Shown here: one piece after another, positions 1 to 9,145 of the stretch
Numbering within the stretch: the first letter of the stretch is position 1
How the letters are laid out: each line of letters starts with the position of its first letter
Source: Clostridia bacterium
GTDB lineage: Bacteria; Bacillota; Clostridia; Christensenellales; CAG-138
Assembly: GCA_030533005.1 (NCBI GenBank)
Contig: JAUNJX010000006.1
Coordinates: 14,146 to 78,145, forward strand
DNA length: 64,000 nucleotides
Direction of reading: 5' to 3'
Notes under the pieces: model-generated
The model's input: only the letters and a program-made list of their open reading frames with translations
What the model was told of the DNA's origin: nothing
Databases searched by the model: none
Translations under genes and position numbers: made by a program

Positions 1-346
1 CAACAACGCCAACGATGATGTTATCACAATGATTGATGGGGATCAAGATACGCTTGGCGTCGCTTTGGCCAATCGCTGTGGCCATAGCCGGCGTAATCTC
101 ACCGAACAAGGCGTCCGCGATGACGATACCGACTGGTCCTGCAATCACATCGGCTTTTCGGCAGCCCACAATCACGGCGTTTTCGCCTGTCGCCGCGCTA
201 TCCGCTCCTGCCTTTAGCATTGCGGAGGTCGCGGTGCTGTTGGCGCCGACAGCCGTAACCCTCGTCGTCGGTATGCTTTGTTTGATCGCAGCAACAAGCT
301 GCCTGCCGATCCCGCCGCCCTGTGCGTCAATGACTAATACGTTCAT
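1..346 (-). CDS. DUF3842-family protein (3' end runs off the window)
   Basis: Absent from the ORF track because there is no stop inside the window. Reverse translation from the ATG at 346 reads MNVLVIDAQGGGIGRQLVAAIKQSIPTTRVTAVGANSTATSAMLKAGADSAATGENAVIVGCRKADVIAGPVG... This glycine-rich N-terminus is as I remember for DUF3842 proteins. Confidence 0.55.
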   Translation of the reverse strand, partial: MNVLVIDAQGGGIGRQLVAAIKQSIPTTRVTAVGANSTATSAMLKAGADSAATGENAVIVGCRKADVIAGPVGIVIADALFGEITPAMATAIGQSDAKRILIPINHCDNIIVGVV

Positions 347-350
347 ATAC

Positions 351-719
351 TCACCCACTTTGTTTTGTTACTGTTAGTATAATGCCTTGTACCGTTCCAA
401 ACCAATAGATTTTTGACATCATCTCCTTTACAAGAACATCTCCCGTGATGAAGCCGCCCTCAAACGAGCGAAACAACAAGGCCAAATCATCATTTGCGAT
501 TGGCCCAATGACGATATCATATTTTAGGTCATGGTTGCAGGCAAGGCTTGAAAAGTCGGAAAAATCACGGCTACGGTTATTCATAATAAACATCGCCCAT
601 TCCATGGTAGGCTTATCAAAAATGCGTATGCGAAAATCCTCATCCAATGCCCGTTCGTCAAAATCATACGTCGTCACAAATGGGTTGCCGCCATAGATGC
701 GGGCGACGCGCTTAGCCAT
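351..719 (-). CDS. DUF3990 domain protein
   Basis: 122-aa ORF. The core ...YDIVIGPIANDDLALLFRSFEGGFI... matches the remembered DUF3990 signature. It lies 4 nt upstream of the DUF3842 gene. Confidence 0.65.
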   Translation of the reverse strand: MAKRVARIYGGNPFVTTYDFDERALDEDFRIRIFDKPTMEWAMFIMNNRSRDFSDFSSLACNHDLKYDIVIGPIANDDLALLFRSFEGGFITGDVLVKEMMSKIYWFGTVQGIILTVTKQSG

Positions 720-791
720 TGTGGCCGCCTATTCGCAGCTGGTCGTACAATAGAAGCAAATGTCACTACATCCATTATCCTTTTCTAAGGG

Positions 792-1325
792 CTATCCGAT
801 TATATGTTCATCCAGCGCATCAGCAAGTATCTCATCGACTGGCTTTTTCGGGATGAAGCAACCGATACGCGATAGTTCAGCGTTGACAGCCATTTTCAGC
901 AGTATAGGCATGTTCTTTGCAGCGATATCAATATCATCATCAAAACGCGTGTAATCAATCAAATGCTTGGCAAACTTCTGCGTAAGCTTGAAGGTAAATA
1001 ATGAAATATTCCATTCGGCAAAGAAGTCAAGTATGCTTTTAATTCCTCCAATATTGTAGCGCAATGATAGTGTTGGCAATATCTTTATGGCAAGAAACGC
1101 AAAGGCAAATCGAAACCATTCTGGGAAAAGACGATGCAAAGGCCATTTATCGAATGAATGAAAAGCTTCAGGAAGCAAGCAGGCAGTCGGGCCGCACAAT
1201 GAACACGCATGCAGAAATCGGGGGTAAACATACTGCTGCACCGTCCCCGGCATCCGTCTCCGACAGCATGACCCAATACCAGTCTTAACATAGATGAGCC
1301 TTGGCGGTAAAACAAGAACCGCCAA
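792..1325 (-). CDS. hypothetical protein, true start unclear
   Basis: 177-aa ORF in a lower-GC patch. Only the C-terminal ~80 codons look protein-like (FAKHLIDYTRFDDDIDIAAKNMPILLKMAVNAELSRIG). The N-terminal part is Cys/Arg-rich and probably untranslated. Confidence 0.25.
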   Translation of the reverse strand: MAVLVLPPRLIYVKTGIGSCCRRRMPGTVQQYVYPRFLHACSLCGPTACLLPEAFHSFDKWPLHRLFPEWFRFAFAFLAIKILPTLSLRYNIGGIKSILDFFAEWNISLFTFKLTQKFAKHLIDYTRFDDDIDIAAKNMPILLKMAVNAELSRIGCFIPKKPVDEILADALDEHIIG

Positions 1326-1346
1326 AGCCCATCTAACGCATTTGTA

Positions 1347-2948
1347 TTAAAATGCAGCGCGAAGCAGTACGCCTGGACGTGCACCGGTGTGTTCAGTCTC
1401 GTCCAGCACGGGAACGCCGTTAACGATTACATAGTCGAAACCCGAAGCGTAATGATAGGGATCATCCAGCGTGGAATTCTCCTTCAGATTATCCAGATCG
1501 AAAATGTTGATGTCAGCGAACGCGCCTTCCTGTATCATACCGCGACCCTTAAGTCGGTAATGAGAGGCGGTGAGGCCGGTCATCCTGCGTACGCATTCTT
1601 CTATGGAGAGAACCTTCATATCCCGGACGTAGGCGATAAGGAAGTGAATCATGCCCATATAGTGCAGGCAGAAGCCCAGAGAATCGGTCAATTCCTTGTT
1701 GCTCAGATCTGCGCTATAGCCGTCTACGGTCAGCATGAACTGAGGCTGCGCAATTTTCTGCAGCATATGCTCATCGCTGTATAGACGAGCCTTGAGGCAG
1801 TTTCCGCTCATTAGTTCACCGGATTTGGACAGTATCTCAAAGAAGCAGTCCCACTCATCCATACCAAGGCGTGCAGCCGCCTCCTTCATGGACAGGCCGT
1901 TAAGCTCGGGGAAGGGAACGTTGGACTGGATGCCGACGCGATCCCACTCTCCCTTGTGGATGAAGCGCCAATACCTGTCGCAATCCGTACGCAGGCGTTT
2001 GCGGATCTGGGGATCTTCAAGCTGCTTTGCCGCTGCGGCAGGGCCGTTCTCCATGATCCAAGGGGGAAGCAGCGTCTGCGCAATGCCAATGCCCCAAGGG
2101 AAGGGCGTCATTTCACCCAGCACATCCAGCCCTTCTTCCCTCGCCTTCTCCATCTTTTCTAAAGCATGCTCCCAGCCCATAGGGGGAACATTGGTGTTAT
2201 GGCGAACATTGAAATGGGAAATGGAGCCGCGGACGCCAGCCTTGCGCAATGCGGTAAGATATTCCTCTACTGCATCCTCGATGAATTCGTCCCTGTTGCG
2301 AATATGGGAGGAATATACGCCGTCAAATTCCTTGACCACAGAAAGCAGCTCGTCGATCTCTTCAGGATCGGTAGTGCGGCCCGGCGGGAATTCAATACCC
2401 GTAGACAACCCTAAGGCGCCTCCCTGCATAGCTTCTCGAAGCGCTTCCTTCATGATTTTCAACTGCTCGTCCGTAGCCCGGGGACCCTTGGCGTCGACCA
2501 ACAGGCGAAGGTTCGTGTGCGGGATAAACCAGCCTGTATTTTCTGAAACGCCATTGCCGTACAGCTGCTCGATAATTTTGGAGAAGGAACCCACGATCAC
2601 GTTCCTTTCCTTATAGCTGCCAAGGATGCCCGCGCCCTTGGCCATGGATTCCAGCGTGCGGGGCGCTATGCCCATGCCGCAGTGACCCACGATCTCGGCG
2701 GTGATGCCTTGGCGAATCGTGCTTTGCGCCAGAGGATTATCAGCGAGCGTATGGTCGGAGTGGCTGTGCGCATCAATAAAGCCCGGCGTAACATATTTGC
2801 CGGCAGCGTCAATAATTTTTGCCGCTTCCATATCGCCAAGATGCCCTATCTTCACGATGCGGTCGCCCTGAACAGCTATGTCCGCATGGTATGCGGCGTT
2901 GCCGGTACCGTCCACTATCCGGCAGTTTTTGATGAGGATATCAATCAT
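1347..2948 (-). CDS. D-aminoacylase-like amidohydrolase (N-acyl-D-amino-acid deacylase family)
   Basis: 533 aa. N-terminus MIDILIKNCRIVDGTG...GFIDAHSHSD is the metal-binding HxH motif and fold typical of D-aminoacylases. It is the last gene of the minus-strand operon. Confidence 0.85.
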   Translation of the reverse strand: MIDILIKNCRIVDGTGNAAYHADIAVQGDRIVKIGHLGDMEAAKIIDAAGKYVTPGFIDAHSHSDHTLADNPLAQSTIRQGITAEIVGHCGMGIAPRTLESMAKGAGILGSYKERNVIVGSFSKIIEQLYGNGVSENTGWFIPHTNLRLLVDAKGPRATDEQLKIMKEALREAMQGGALGLSTGIEFPPGRTTDPEEIDELLSVVKEFDGVYSSHIRNRDEFIEDAVEEYLTALRKAGVRGSISHFNVRHNTNVPPMGWEHALEKMEKAREEGLDVLGEMTPFPWGIGIAQTLLPPWIMENGPAAAAKQLEDPQIRKRLRTDCDRYWRFIHKGEWDRVGIQSNVPFPELNGLSMKEAAARLGMDEWDCFFEILSKSGELMSGNCLKARLYSDEHMLQKIAQPQFMLTVDGYSADLSNKELTDSLGFCLHYMGMIHFLIAYVRDMKVLSIEECVRRMTGLTASHYRLKGRGMIQEGAFADINIFDLDNLKENSTLDDPYHYASGFDYVIVNGVPVLDETEHTGARPGVLLRAAF

Positions 2949-3012
2949 GTCATTCTCCTTATTATACGAATTGGACTATTCTCCTGTTTCTACAAAAGCA
3001 GTCAGACCGTCA

Positions 3013-4308
3013 TCAGAAGCCCAACAGCAGGGTGCTGATTTGGGGAACAAAGGTGATGATCATCAGCGCGATGAAGAATACGATCATAAATGGCACTGCC
3101 TTTCTGGCTATGGTCATAACATTCAGGCCGGAAAAGCTGCTGGCAACATACAGGTTCACGCCCACAGGCGGCGTAACGAAACCGATAGCCAAGTTTACGA
3201 CCATGATGACGCCGAAGTGATAAGGGTTGATACCCAAGCTCATGGCAAGAGGCAGCAGCAGCGGCGTAAGGATCAGGATAGCGGAGGTGGTATCCATGAT
3301 CATACCTACGAACAGCAGCAAAAGGTTCATGCCCAGCAGGAATACCACCTTTGTATGGAAGAACCCGCTCAGGATCATGGTGACCTCTTGGGGGATCTGG
3401 AGCAGGGTGAGGCAGCGGGTAAATATGCTTGCTGCGGCTACTACCAGATTGATAGGCACACCGGACTCTACGCTTTCCTTCAATACGGAGGGGATATCCT
3501 TGATGGATATGGTCTTATATACAAACATGCTCAATATCAGTGCATACAACACGGATACGGCAGCCGCTTCCGTCGGGGTCATGATGCCGCCATAGATACC
3601 GCCCAAGATGATAACGGGCATGAGCAGCGCAAGGAAGCTTTCCTTAAACACGCTCAAAAATCCCGCCTTGTGCATCTCGTTGTAGGCCTCAGTCAGTTTT
3701 TGCTTATCCTCGCCTGTTCTCTTGCAGCGAAAATAGCAATAGATCATCAGGCAGGCGCCAATGAGCAGGCCCGGAAGAATGCCGGCAATAAACATGCCAC
3801 CGACCGACACCGTATTAGTTGCCGTACCATACATGATGAAGGGCACACTGGGTGGTATAATAACGCCTAGCCCGCCGGCTACGGCTACCAGAGCCACGGT
3901 GAAATCCTTTTCGTAACCCTTATCCGTAAGATAAGGGACCGACATCATACCCACCGCAGCAGTGGTCGCGGGGCCGGAACCGGATATGGCGCCATAAAAC
4001 AGACAGGTCGCAACCGTCGTGGAAGGCAGACCGCCGGTGAGTTTACCTATGAAATATGCAAAAAAATTAAACAGGCGTTTGGAGATACCGCCGCGGGACA
4101 TGATGACGCCCGCCATAACAAACAAGGGAACCGCCAGAATGGCGTAAACGTTAAGGCCAAGTACCAGATTCTTAAAGATAAAAATGCCATCGATGGGCAG
4201 CGCCGGGTTCATCAGACATGCGATAACGACAGTCAAAATAAGTGCGACTGCAATCGGGATGCCAATCACTAGGGAAGCAAGAAAAGTACACAGGATACTA
4301 CCTAGCAT
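3013..4308 (-). CDS. TRAP transporter large permease (DctM family)
   Basis: 431-aa polytopic membrane protein with typical DctM sequence. It overlaps the small permease gene by 11 nt. Confidence 0.9.
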   Translation of the reverse strand: MLGSILCTFLASLVIGIPIAVALILTVVIACLMNPALPIDGIFIFKNLVLGLNVYAILAVPLFVMAGVIMSRGGISKRLFNFFAYFIGKLTGGLPSTTVATCLFYGAISGSGPATTAAVGMMSVPYLTDKGYEKDFTVALVAVAGGLGVIIPPSVPFIMYGTATNTVSVGGMFIAGILPGLLIGACLMIYCYFRCKRTGEDKQKLTEAYNEMHKAGFLSVFKESFLALLMPVIILGGIYGGIMTPTEAAAVSVLYALILSMFVYKTISIKDIPSVLKESVESGVPINLVVAAASIFTRCLTLLQIPQEVTMILSGFFHTKVVFLLGMNLLLLFVGMIMDTTSAILILTPLLLPLAMSLGINPYHFGVIMVVNLAIGFVTPPVGVNLYVASSFSGLNVMTIARKAVPFMIVFFIALMIITFVPQISTLLLGF

Positions 4309-4804
4309 CTGTCATGCCCTCCTTCTTATTCTTTCTCATTTCGGTAAGCTTTTTATACCAGCTCTGAACCAATCTTATCAAAGACAAAACGCAGCCGAGC
4401 CAGAACGAGAGATACAGTATCCACATGGGCATCCGCATCGCCGGGCTGGTGGTGCCGTTTTCCATGATGCTGATCAAAGCCTTCATACCTTCTACGCTCA
4501 TATAGAGAAAGAAAAGCGTCATGACAAGCTCCGACAGGAAATTCATCACATTACGCACAGGCTTGGGAACGAGGTTGACCACAACGTCAACCCGCAGATG
4601 CGCGCCTGTTTTGGTGCTATAGGCAACGCCAACCAGCGAGAACCATACAAAGAGATAGCATCCCAGTTCTTCTACCCAAGTCAGAGAGCTGTTCAAAACA
4701 TAGCGGAAAAACACGGACAATATCATGCAAATAAACAGGCCAGCCAGCGCAACGGAGCAAATCAGAAGTTCGCCGTTTTTATCCAGCCATTTCAGTATTT
4801 TCAC
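4298..4804 (-). CDS. TRAP transporter small permease (DctQ family)
   Basis: 168 aa with 4 predicted TM helices, positioned between the DctP and DctM genes. Confidence 0.85.
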   Translation of the reverse strand: MKILKWLDKNGELLICSVALAGLFICMILSVFFRYVLNSSLTWVEELGCYLFVWFSLVGVAYSTKTGAHLRVDVVVNLVPKPVRNVMNFLSELVMTLFFLYMSVEGMKALISIMENGTTSPAMRMPMWILYLSFWLGCVLSLIRLVQSWYKKLTEMRKNKKEGMTDAR

Positions 4805-4881
4805 CTTCTACTCCTTTCTGCTGTGGGTATATCCCCTAGGGGATATACCCATCCTTCTCAGATCAAATTATTGGATCAGGA

Positions 4882-5958
4882 TTATTGATACTTAGCAACG
4901 CAGGCAAGGAGTGCATCCACCAGTTCGTCGCCGATGTCCGCGCGGATCTTCTTCTCCACTGTATCGCCAACGGCCGCCTTAAACTCAGCGCGAATAGCAT
5001 CACTCAACGGAAGACAAGTCATACCGCCCGCTTCGCATGCCGCTTTGTCGGACTCGAGACGCTCAGTACCAAGCGTATAGGCTTCGTTCAGGAAGTTAGC
5101 CGCAGCGGTATCAAAGATGGCCCGATCATCTTCGGAGAGGCCGTCATACCATTCGGTGCTTACGATCCAGCCAGAGACGTTCATGATATGACGTGTGTCA
5201 ACAAAATAGGTCTGTACTTCGTAGAACTTATTGTTGTTGATCTGGGCAACGGGGTTCTCCTGCGCGTCCACAGTGCCCTGCTGCAAAGAGGTGTAGAGCT
5301 GGCCGCCGCCCGCCATAGGCGTGGGGTTGGCGCCAAGAGCCGTCCACAACGCTACATGGTTCTGGTTCTCCATAACACGAACCTTCATGCCCTTCAGATC
5401 CGCCAAGGAGTTGACTTCCTTTTTGCAGGTCAGCCAGCGGTAGTCAGCCGTGTTCGCGCCCACAAAGTGCAGGCCGGCCTTAGCGAAAGCGGTATTCAAT
5501 ACATCCATAACATCCGGATCGTTGAGCGCCTTGGTGCCGACCTCAACGGTGGGGAACGCGTAAGGAAGGTCGAAGAGTTCGCACTCGGGAACAAAGTTGG
5601 CCAGAACGGAGCTGGCGGCCATGGTCATGGTAACGTTGTTGTTGCGGACATTCTCAACGTTCTCCATCTCGCCGCCCATGATGCCGTTAGCATAAATATC
5701 CACCTTCATGCGGCCGTTGCTTTTTTCTTCGATTTCCTTCTTGAAGTTCTGCAACGCGGTGTTTTCGGGACTGTCGTCAGCCAGTACGTTGGTTACAGAG
5801 ATGGTCATTACCTCCGCGGGATCGACCGCTGTGGCGGGTTCGGCTGCAGCGGGTTCAGTCGCGGCGGCGGGTTGAGCGGCCGCAGGAGCGCTTGTGCTGC
5901 ATGCTACGAACGAAAGCATCATTGCAGCTGCCATCATTAAACTTACCAGTTTCTTCAT
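4882..5958 (-). CDS. TRAP transporter substrate-binding lipoprotein (DctP family)
   Basis: 358 aa. Signal peptide with lipobox (MLSFVAC), an Ala/Pro-rich linker, then a DctP-like body (...YAFPT..., ...FYEVQ...). Confidence 0.9.
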   Translation of the reverse strand: MKKLVSLMMAAAMMLSFVACSTSAPAAAQPAAATEPAAAEPATAVDPAEVMTISVTNVLADDSPENTALQNFKKEIEEKSNGRMKVDIYANGIMGGEMENVENVRNNNVTMTMAASSVLANFVPECELFDLPYAFPTVEVGTKALNDPDVMDVLNTAFAKAGLHFVGANTADYRWLTCKKEVNSLADLKGMKVRVMENQNHVALWTALGANPTPMAGGGQLYTSLQQGTVDAQENPVAQINNNKFYEVQTYFVDTRHIMNVSGWIVSTEWYDGLSEDDRAIFDTAAANFLNEAYTLGTERLESDKAACEAGGMTCLPLSDAIRAEFKAAVGDTVEKKIRADIGDELVDALLACVAKYQ

Positions 5959-6052
5959 TGTTTCGATGTTCTCCTTTCGATGTCTTACTTATTGCTAATG
6001 GCGTTCGCCACATACAATCTTCATGTTCGAGCGTGGGCCTCCTGAATTTGGC

Positions 6053-7384
6053 TTACAGGTTCTTGCCGATCTCAATGATGCCTTCTCGCAAGGTATCCAC
6101 CACGCGGTCTATCTCCTTTTCGGTGATAATAAAGGGAGGGGCTATCTGCATCGCATCCCCCAGCACGCCATCCGCCGCGCCCAGCACGCCGCCGGTAACC
6201 AAGATGCCCTTCTTGAAACAATAGGCGGCCAGCTTTGCGCTGAAATTGAATCCGTCGGCGAACGGCGCCTTGGTGACCTTATCTTTGACGAACTCTATGC
6301 CCAGCATCAGTCCGATGCCACGAACCTGCCCAACATACGGGAGTGATTCCAAAGGCTTAAGCTGCTCAAGGAAGTAAGCGCCCATTTTTGCGGAATTTTC
6401 CACCAGCCCGTTATCTTTGATGTACTTGAGCACTGCGCTTGCGGTCGCGCACATAAGCGGGTTGCCGGAATAGGTGAAGCTATGGGTGAGTACGCCGGTT
6501 CCCTTTTCCAGTGCCTCTACGATCTTGCGATGTACGATCACGCCGCCTGCCGAGGTATAGCCGCTGCCCATGCCCTTTGCTACGCCTATCAGATCGGGGG
6601 TTATGCCGAAGTGATCCACCGCGAAGTTTTTGCCGGTGCGGCCAAAGCCACAGATGACTTCATCAACCGCGAGCAGCACATTGTACTTATCACATATCCT
6701 GCGAACCTCTTCAAAGTACTCTTTAGGCGGGATCATCGCCGCAGCCGTGGTACCGATGATCGGCTCCAGCACAAATGCGGAAACCGTATCTGCGCCTTCA
6801 TAGCGGATCACTCGCTCCAGCTCACGGGCACACTCGACACCACAGCCCGGATACTCTTTGTGGTAAGGGCAGCGATAGCAATTACAGGCGGGAATATGCG
6901 GGCTGTTGAATAAATAATTCTGGTACTTGGCTCGCCATGAGGGCCGACCGCCGATCGTCAGTGTGCCAAGGGTGTTGCCGTGATAGCTCTGCCATCTGGA
7001 GATGACCTTGCTCTTTCCGGCGTTTCCACATTCCAAGTGATACTGCCGCGCAATTTTGATAACGGATTCCATGGCTTCGGAACCGCCGCTGCACAGGAAC
7101 AGCTTGTCCATCCCCTCGGGCGCCATATCGATCACCTGCTTGGCCAGCCTTGCCCGCGCCTCGCTGGTGAAGGTGCCGCCATATACGAAGGTGACCTTCT
7201 CGCTCTGCTCCTGCATGGCGTCGATAACTTCCTTCACGCCATGACCGATGTTTACGACCGCTATGCCCGCTGCGCAATCCAGATATTCGTTTCCCTTGTC
7301 ATCATAGACATAGACGCCCTTTGCATGATCTACCACCGGAAGCTCGCTGTGCAGATTTGTGTACAAAATATTCTGATCGTTCAT
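6053..7384 (-). CDS. class-III (omega) aminotransferase, PLP-dependent
   Basis: 443 aa. Motifs VVNIGHG, SGSEAMESVIK and DEVICGFGRTGK are typical of aspartate-aminotransferase-family class III enzymes. Confidence 0.9.
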   Translation of the reverse strand: MNDQNILYTNLHSELPVVDHAKGVYVYDDKGNEYLDCAAGIAVVNIGHGVKEVIDAMQEQSEKVTFVYGGTFTSEARARLAKQVIDMAPEGMDKLFLCSGGSEAMESVIKIARQYHLECGNAGKSKVISRWQSYHGNTLGTLTIGGRPSWRAKYQNYLFNSPHIPACNCYRCPYHKEYPGCGVECARELERVIRYEGADTVSAFVLEPIIGTTAAAMIPPKEYFEEVRRICDKYNVLLAVDEVICGFGRTGKNFAVDHFGITPDLIGVAKGMGSGYTSAGGVIVHRKIVEALEKGTGVLTHSFTYSGNPLMCATASAVLKYIKDNGLVENSAKMGAYFLEQLKPLESLPYVGQVRGIGLMLGIEFVKDKVTKAPFADGFNFSAKLAAYCFKKGILVTGGVLGAADGVLGDAMQIAPPFIITEKEIDRVVDTLREGIIEIGKNL

Positions 7385-7451
7385 ACCTTTTCTCCTGTTC
7401 GTTATTGCAATAAATTTATGATTGAAAATAAGATGGTTTGTTCGCTATGGA

Positions 7452-8783
7452 TCATTCCACACCGTCTCCATAGCGAATCACCGCGCTTTGAGATGAAGGG
7501 AAGAAGCCGACCGATGGATTATCCTTGCCGGTAAGCTTAATTGCGTCCTCCAACGCCTCATCCATGTTTTCATAAGGAAGCATTTGCAGATCCAGCAGGT
7601 CTTGTTTATCCACCGTATCGCTGCAAACTACGATCTTCACGCCCATTTGCAGAATATCCAGCGTAGGCAGGGTATGATCCATTTGGATCTTATAATGATC
7701 CCAAGTATACTTGCGAGCGGCATCGTAATCCGTATGGAATTTGCGCAGAGGATCAACATAATCAAAGGAATTCATTCCTTCAGGGAAAGCGCCATAGAAA
7801 AGAACCACGGAATCCGGCGTGAGCAAATGCTGCAATGCAAATATGGCCTTTACGCCCTGATACATGTCGCAATTAAGCGGAGAGCCCGGCGTCACAACGA
7901 AAAGATCGATCTTCTTGGGGACGGTTATGTTGCAAAACTGCCGAAGGTATTCCACCGCAGCCATATGAGAGCCTTCCAACCCACCTACGAATACTTCGGA
8001 AGGCGCACCAGTTTGATCCACTACGAAGTTTACGCTGAAATCCACGCCGAACATTTTTGCTGTCTCCAGCATATCCAGATGTATGGGGTTATGATCCAGA
8101 TTGCCCGCGCCGGTACCGTCTGCAAAGATCATTTCGGGACGGTGATTGATGAGTATCGTCTCCTCGGCGGCCACACCGGGCAGTATGGACTTTCGCCCAC
8201 CGGAAAAACCCGCCATCTCATGTAGTTCGGTTTTCCCTACGGTCACCTTCACGTCGCATTGCTGTGCTTTCTTATTTACTTTGACAGGTGTGCCAAACGA
8301 AGTTCTGCCAAGGTATACCAATTTTTCTTCCGTATAAGGGTCATGGTTTTCGATATGAAGGCCGCGATTATAGAGTGTGTCGCCGATAAAATCGCGCATT
8401 TCTTCTTGAGTGGCGTCACGATGTACACCCAAAGCTACAAAGAAGGTTATATTTTCTTCGGGCACGCCCCCGGCCACCAGTTCATCCACCAAATACTCGG
8501 AAACCTTTGCCGTAGGCACGTTTCTAGTCGCGTCTGATATGATGATGGCAGCGGTGCTTGCATGCTTGCTCATCGCAATATCCCTGAGAGTCGGGCCTTC
8601 CAAAGGATGGGTTATCGCTTCAAAATACCTGTTCTCGTCCGTAAGATGCGGGGGCTTGCGTGCTTGAAACATGCCGGCGCAGTATTCATCAGGGATGCAA
8701 ATGCTGCGTTTTTCTTCGTGATCCATATAAACCGCCCTGTCACCTTCGCGCCTCAGTTCGTAAATATCCCGTTCCTCTAACAT
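7452..8783 (-). CDS. LarA-family nickel-pincer-dependent 2-hydroxyacid racemase/epimerase (DUF2088)
   Basis: 443 aa. TELHEMAGFSGGRKSILPG matches the His...Lys region that tethers the NPN cofactor in lactate racemase LarA. It is the first gene of the operon. Confidence 0.8.
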   Translation of the reverse strand: MLEERDIYELRREGDRAVYMDHEEKRSICIPDEYCAGMFQARKPPHLTDENRYFEAITHPLEGPTLRDIAMSKHASTAAIIISDATRNVPTAKVSEYLVDELVAGGVPEENITFFVALGVHRDATQEEMRDFIGDTLYNRGLHIENHDPYTEEKLVYLGRTSFGTPVKVNKKAQQCDVKVTVGKTELHEMAGFSGGRKSILPGVAAEETILINHRPEMIFADGTGAGNLDHNPIHLDMLETAKMFGVDFSVNFVVDQTGAPSEVFVGGLEGSHMAAVEYLRQFCNITVPKKIDLFVVTPGSPLNCDMYQGVKAIFALQHLLTPDSVVLFYGAFPEGMNSFDYVDPLRKFHTDYDAARKYTWDHYKIQMDHTLPTLDILQMGVKIVVCSDTVDKQDLLDLQMLPYENMDEALEDAIKLTGKDNPSVGFFPSSQSAVIRYGDGVE

Positions 8784-9145
8784 GCTTGCTGTTTCCCCCT
8801 TTTGACAAAATAGATCCTAATTCTTTGATTTAGACACATCGATAGCAGAGATATTGAATATTCTTAGCTTAGTGAAACTATTTATGAAAGTCAACATGAT
8901 ATATGTATCAAAATAAAACGTTATCTTTCATAGCCTGTACTTCAATGCCTTATACCGTTCCGCATTGCTCCAATCGCTCCAAATATAATGTCAGATTCCT
9001 ATATGGAGTAAAAAATATGCCCACGCTAAGCATAGGCATGAATAAGTTTTTAGTTTGTTTGCACATCGTCAGAAATGCAACCCAAAATATGTATTAAAAT
9101 AAAACATTTTTGCTCACCACCATCCGTTAACGCAGGCCGACGTCG

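Noticed and set aside
1064-1288. 74-aa plus-strand ORF with a protein-like stretch (WQETQRQIETILGKDDAKAIYRMNEKLQEASRQ)
   Set aside because: It is short, has no RBS and overlaps the minus-strand ORF 792-1325. It could be a regulator remnant, but I cannot support it.
8784-9145. Search for sigma54 (-24 GG / -12 GC) promoters upstream of the larA-like operon, and in 10919-11117 upstream of pdxA-like
   Set aside because: I found only off-spacing GG...GC pairs (for example GGAACGGTATAAGGC on the minus strand and GGCAACACTTTTTAGC on the plus strand). None matches TGGCAC-N5-TTGC, so no promoter is called.
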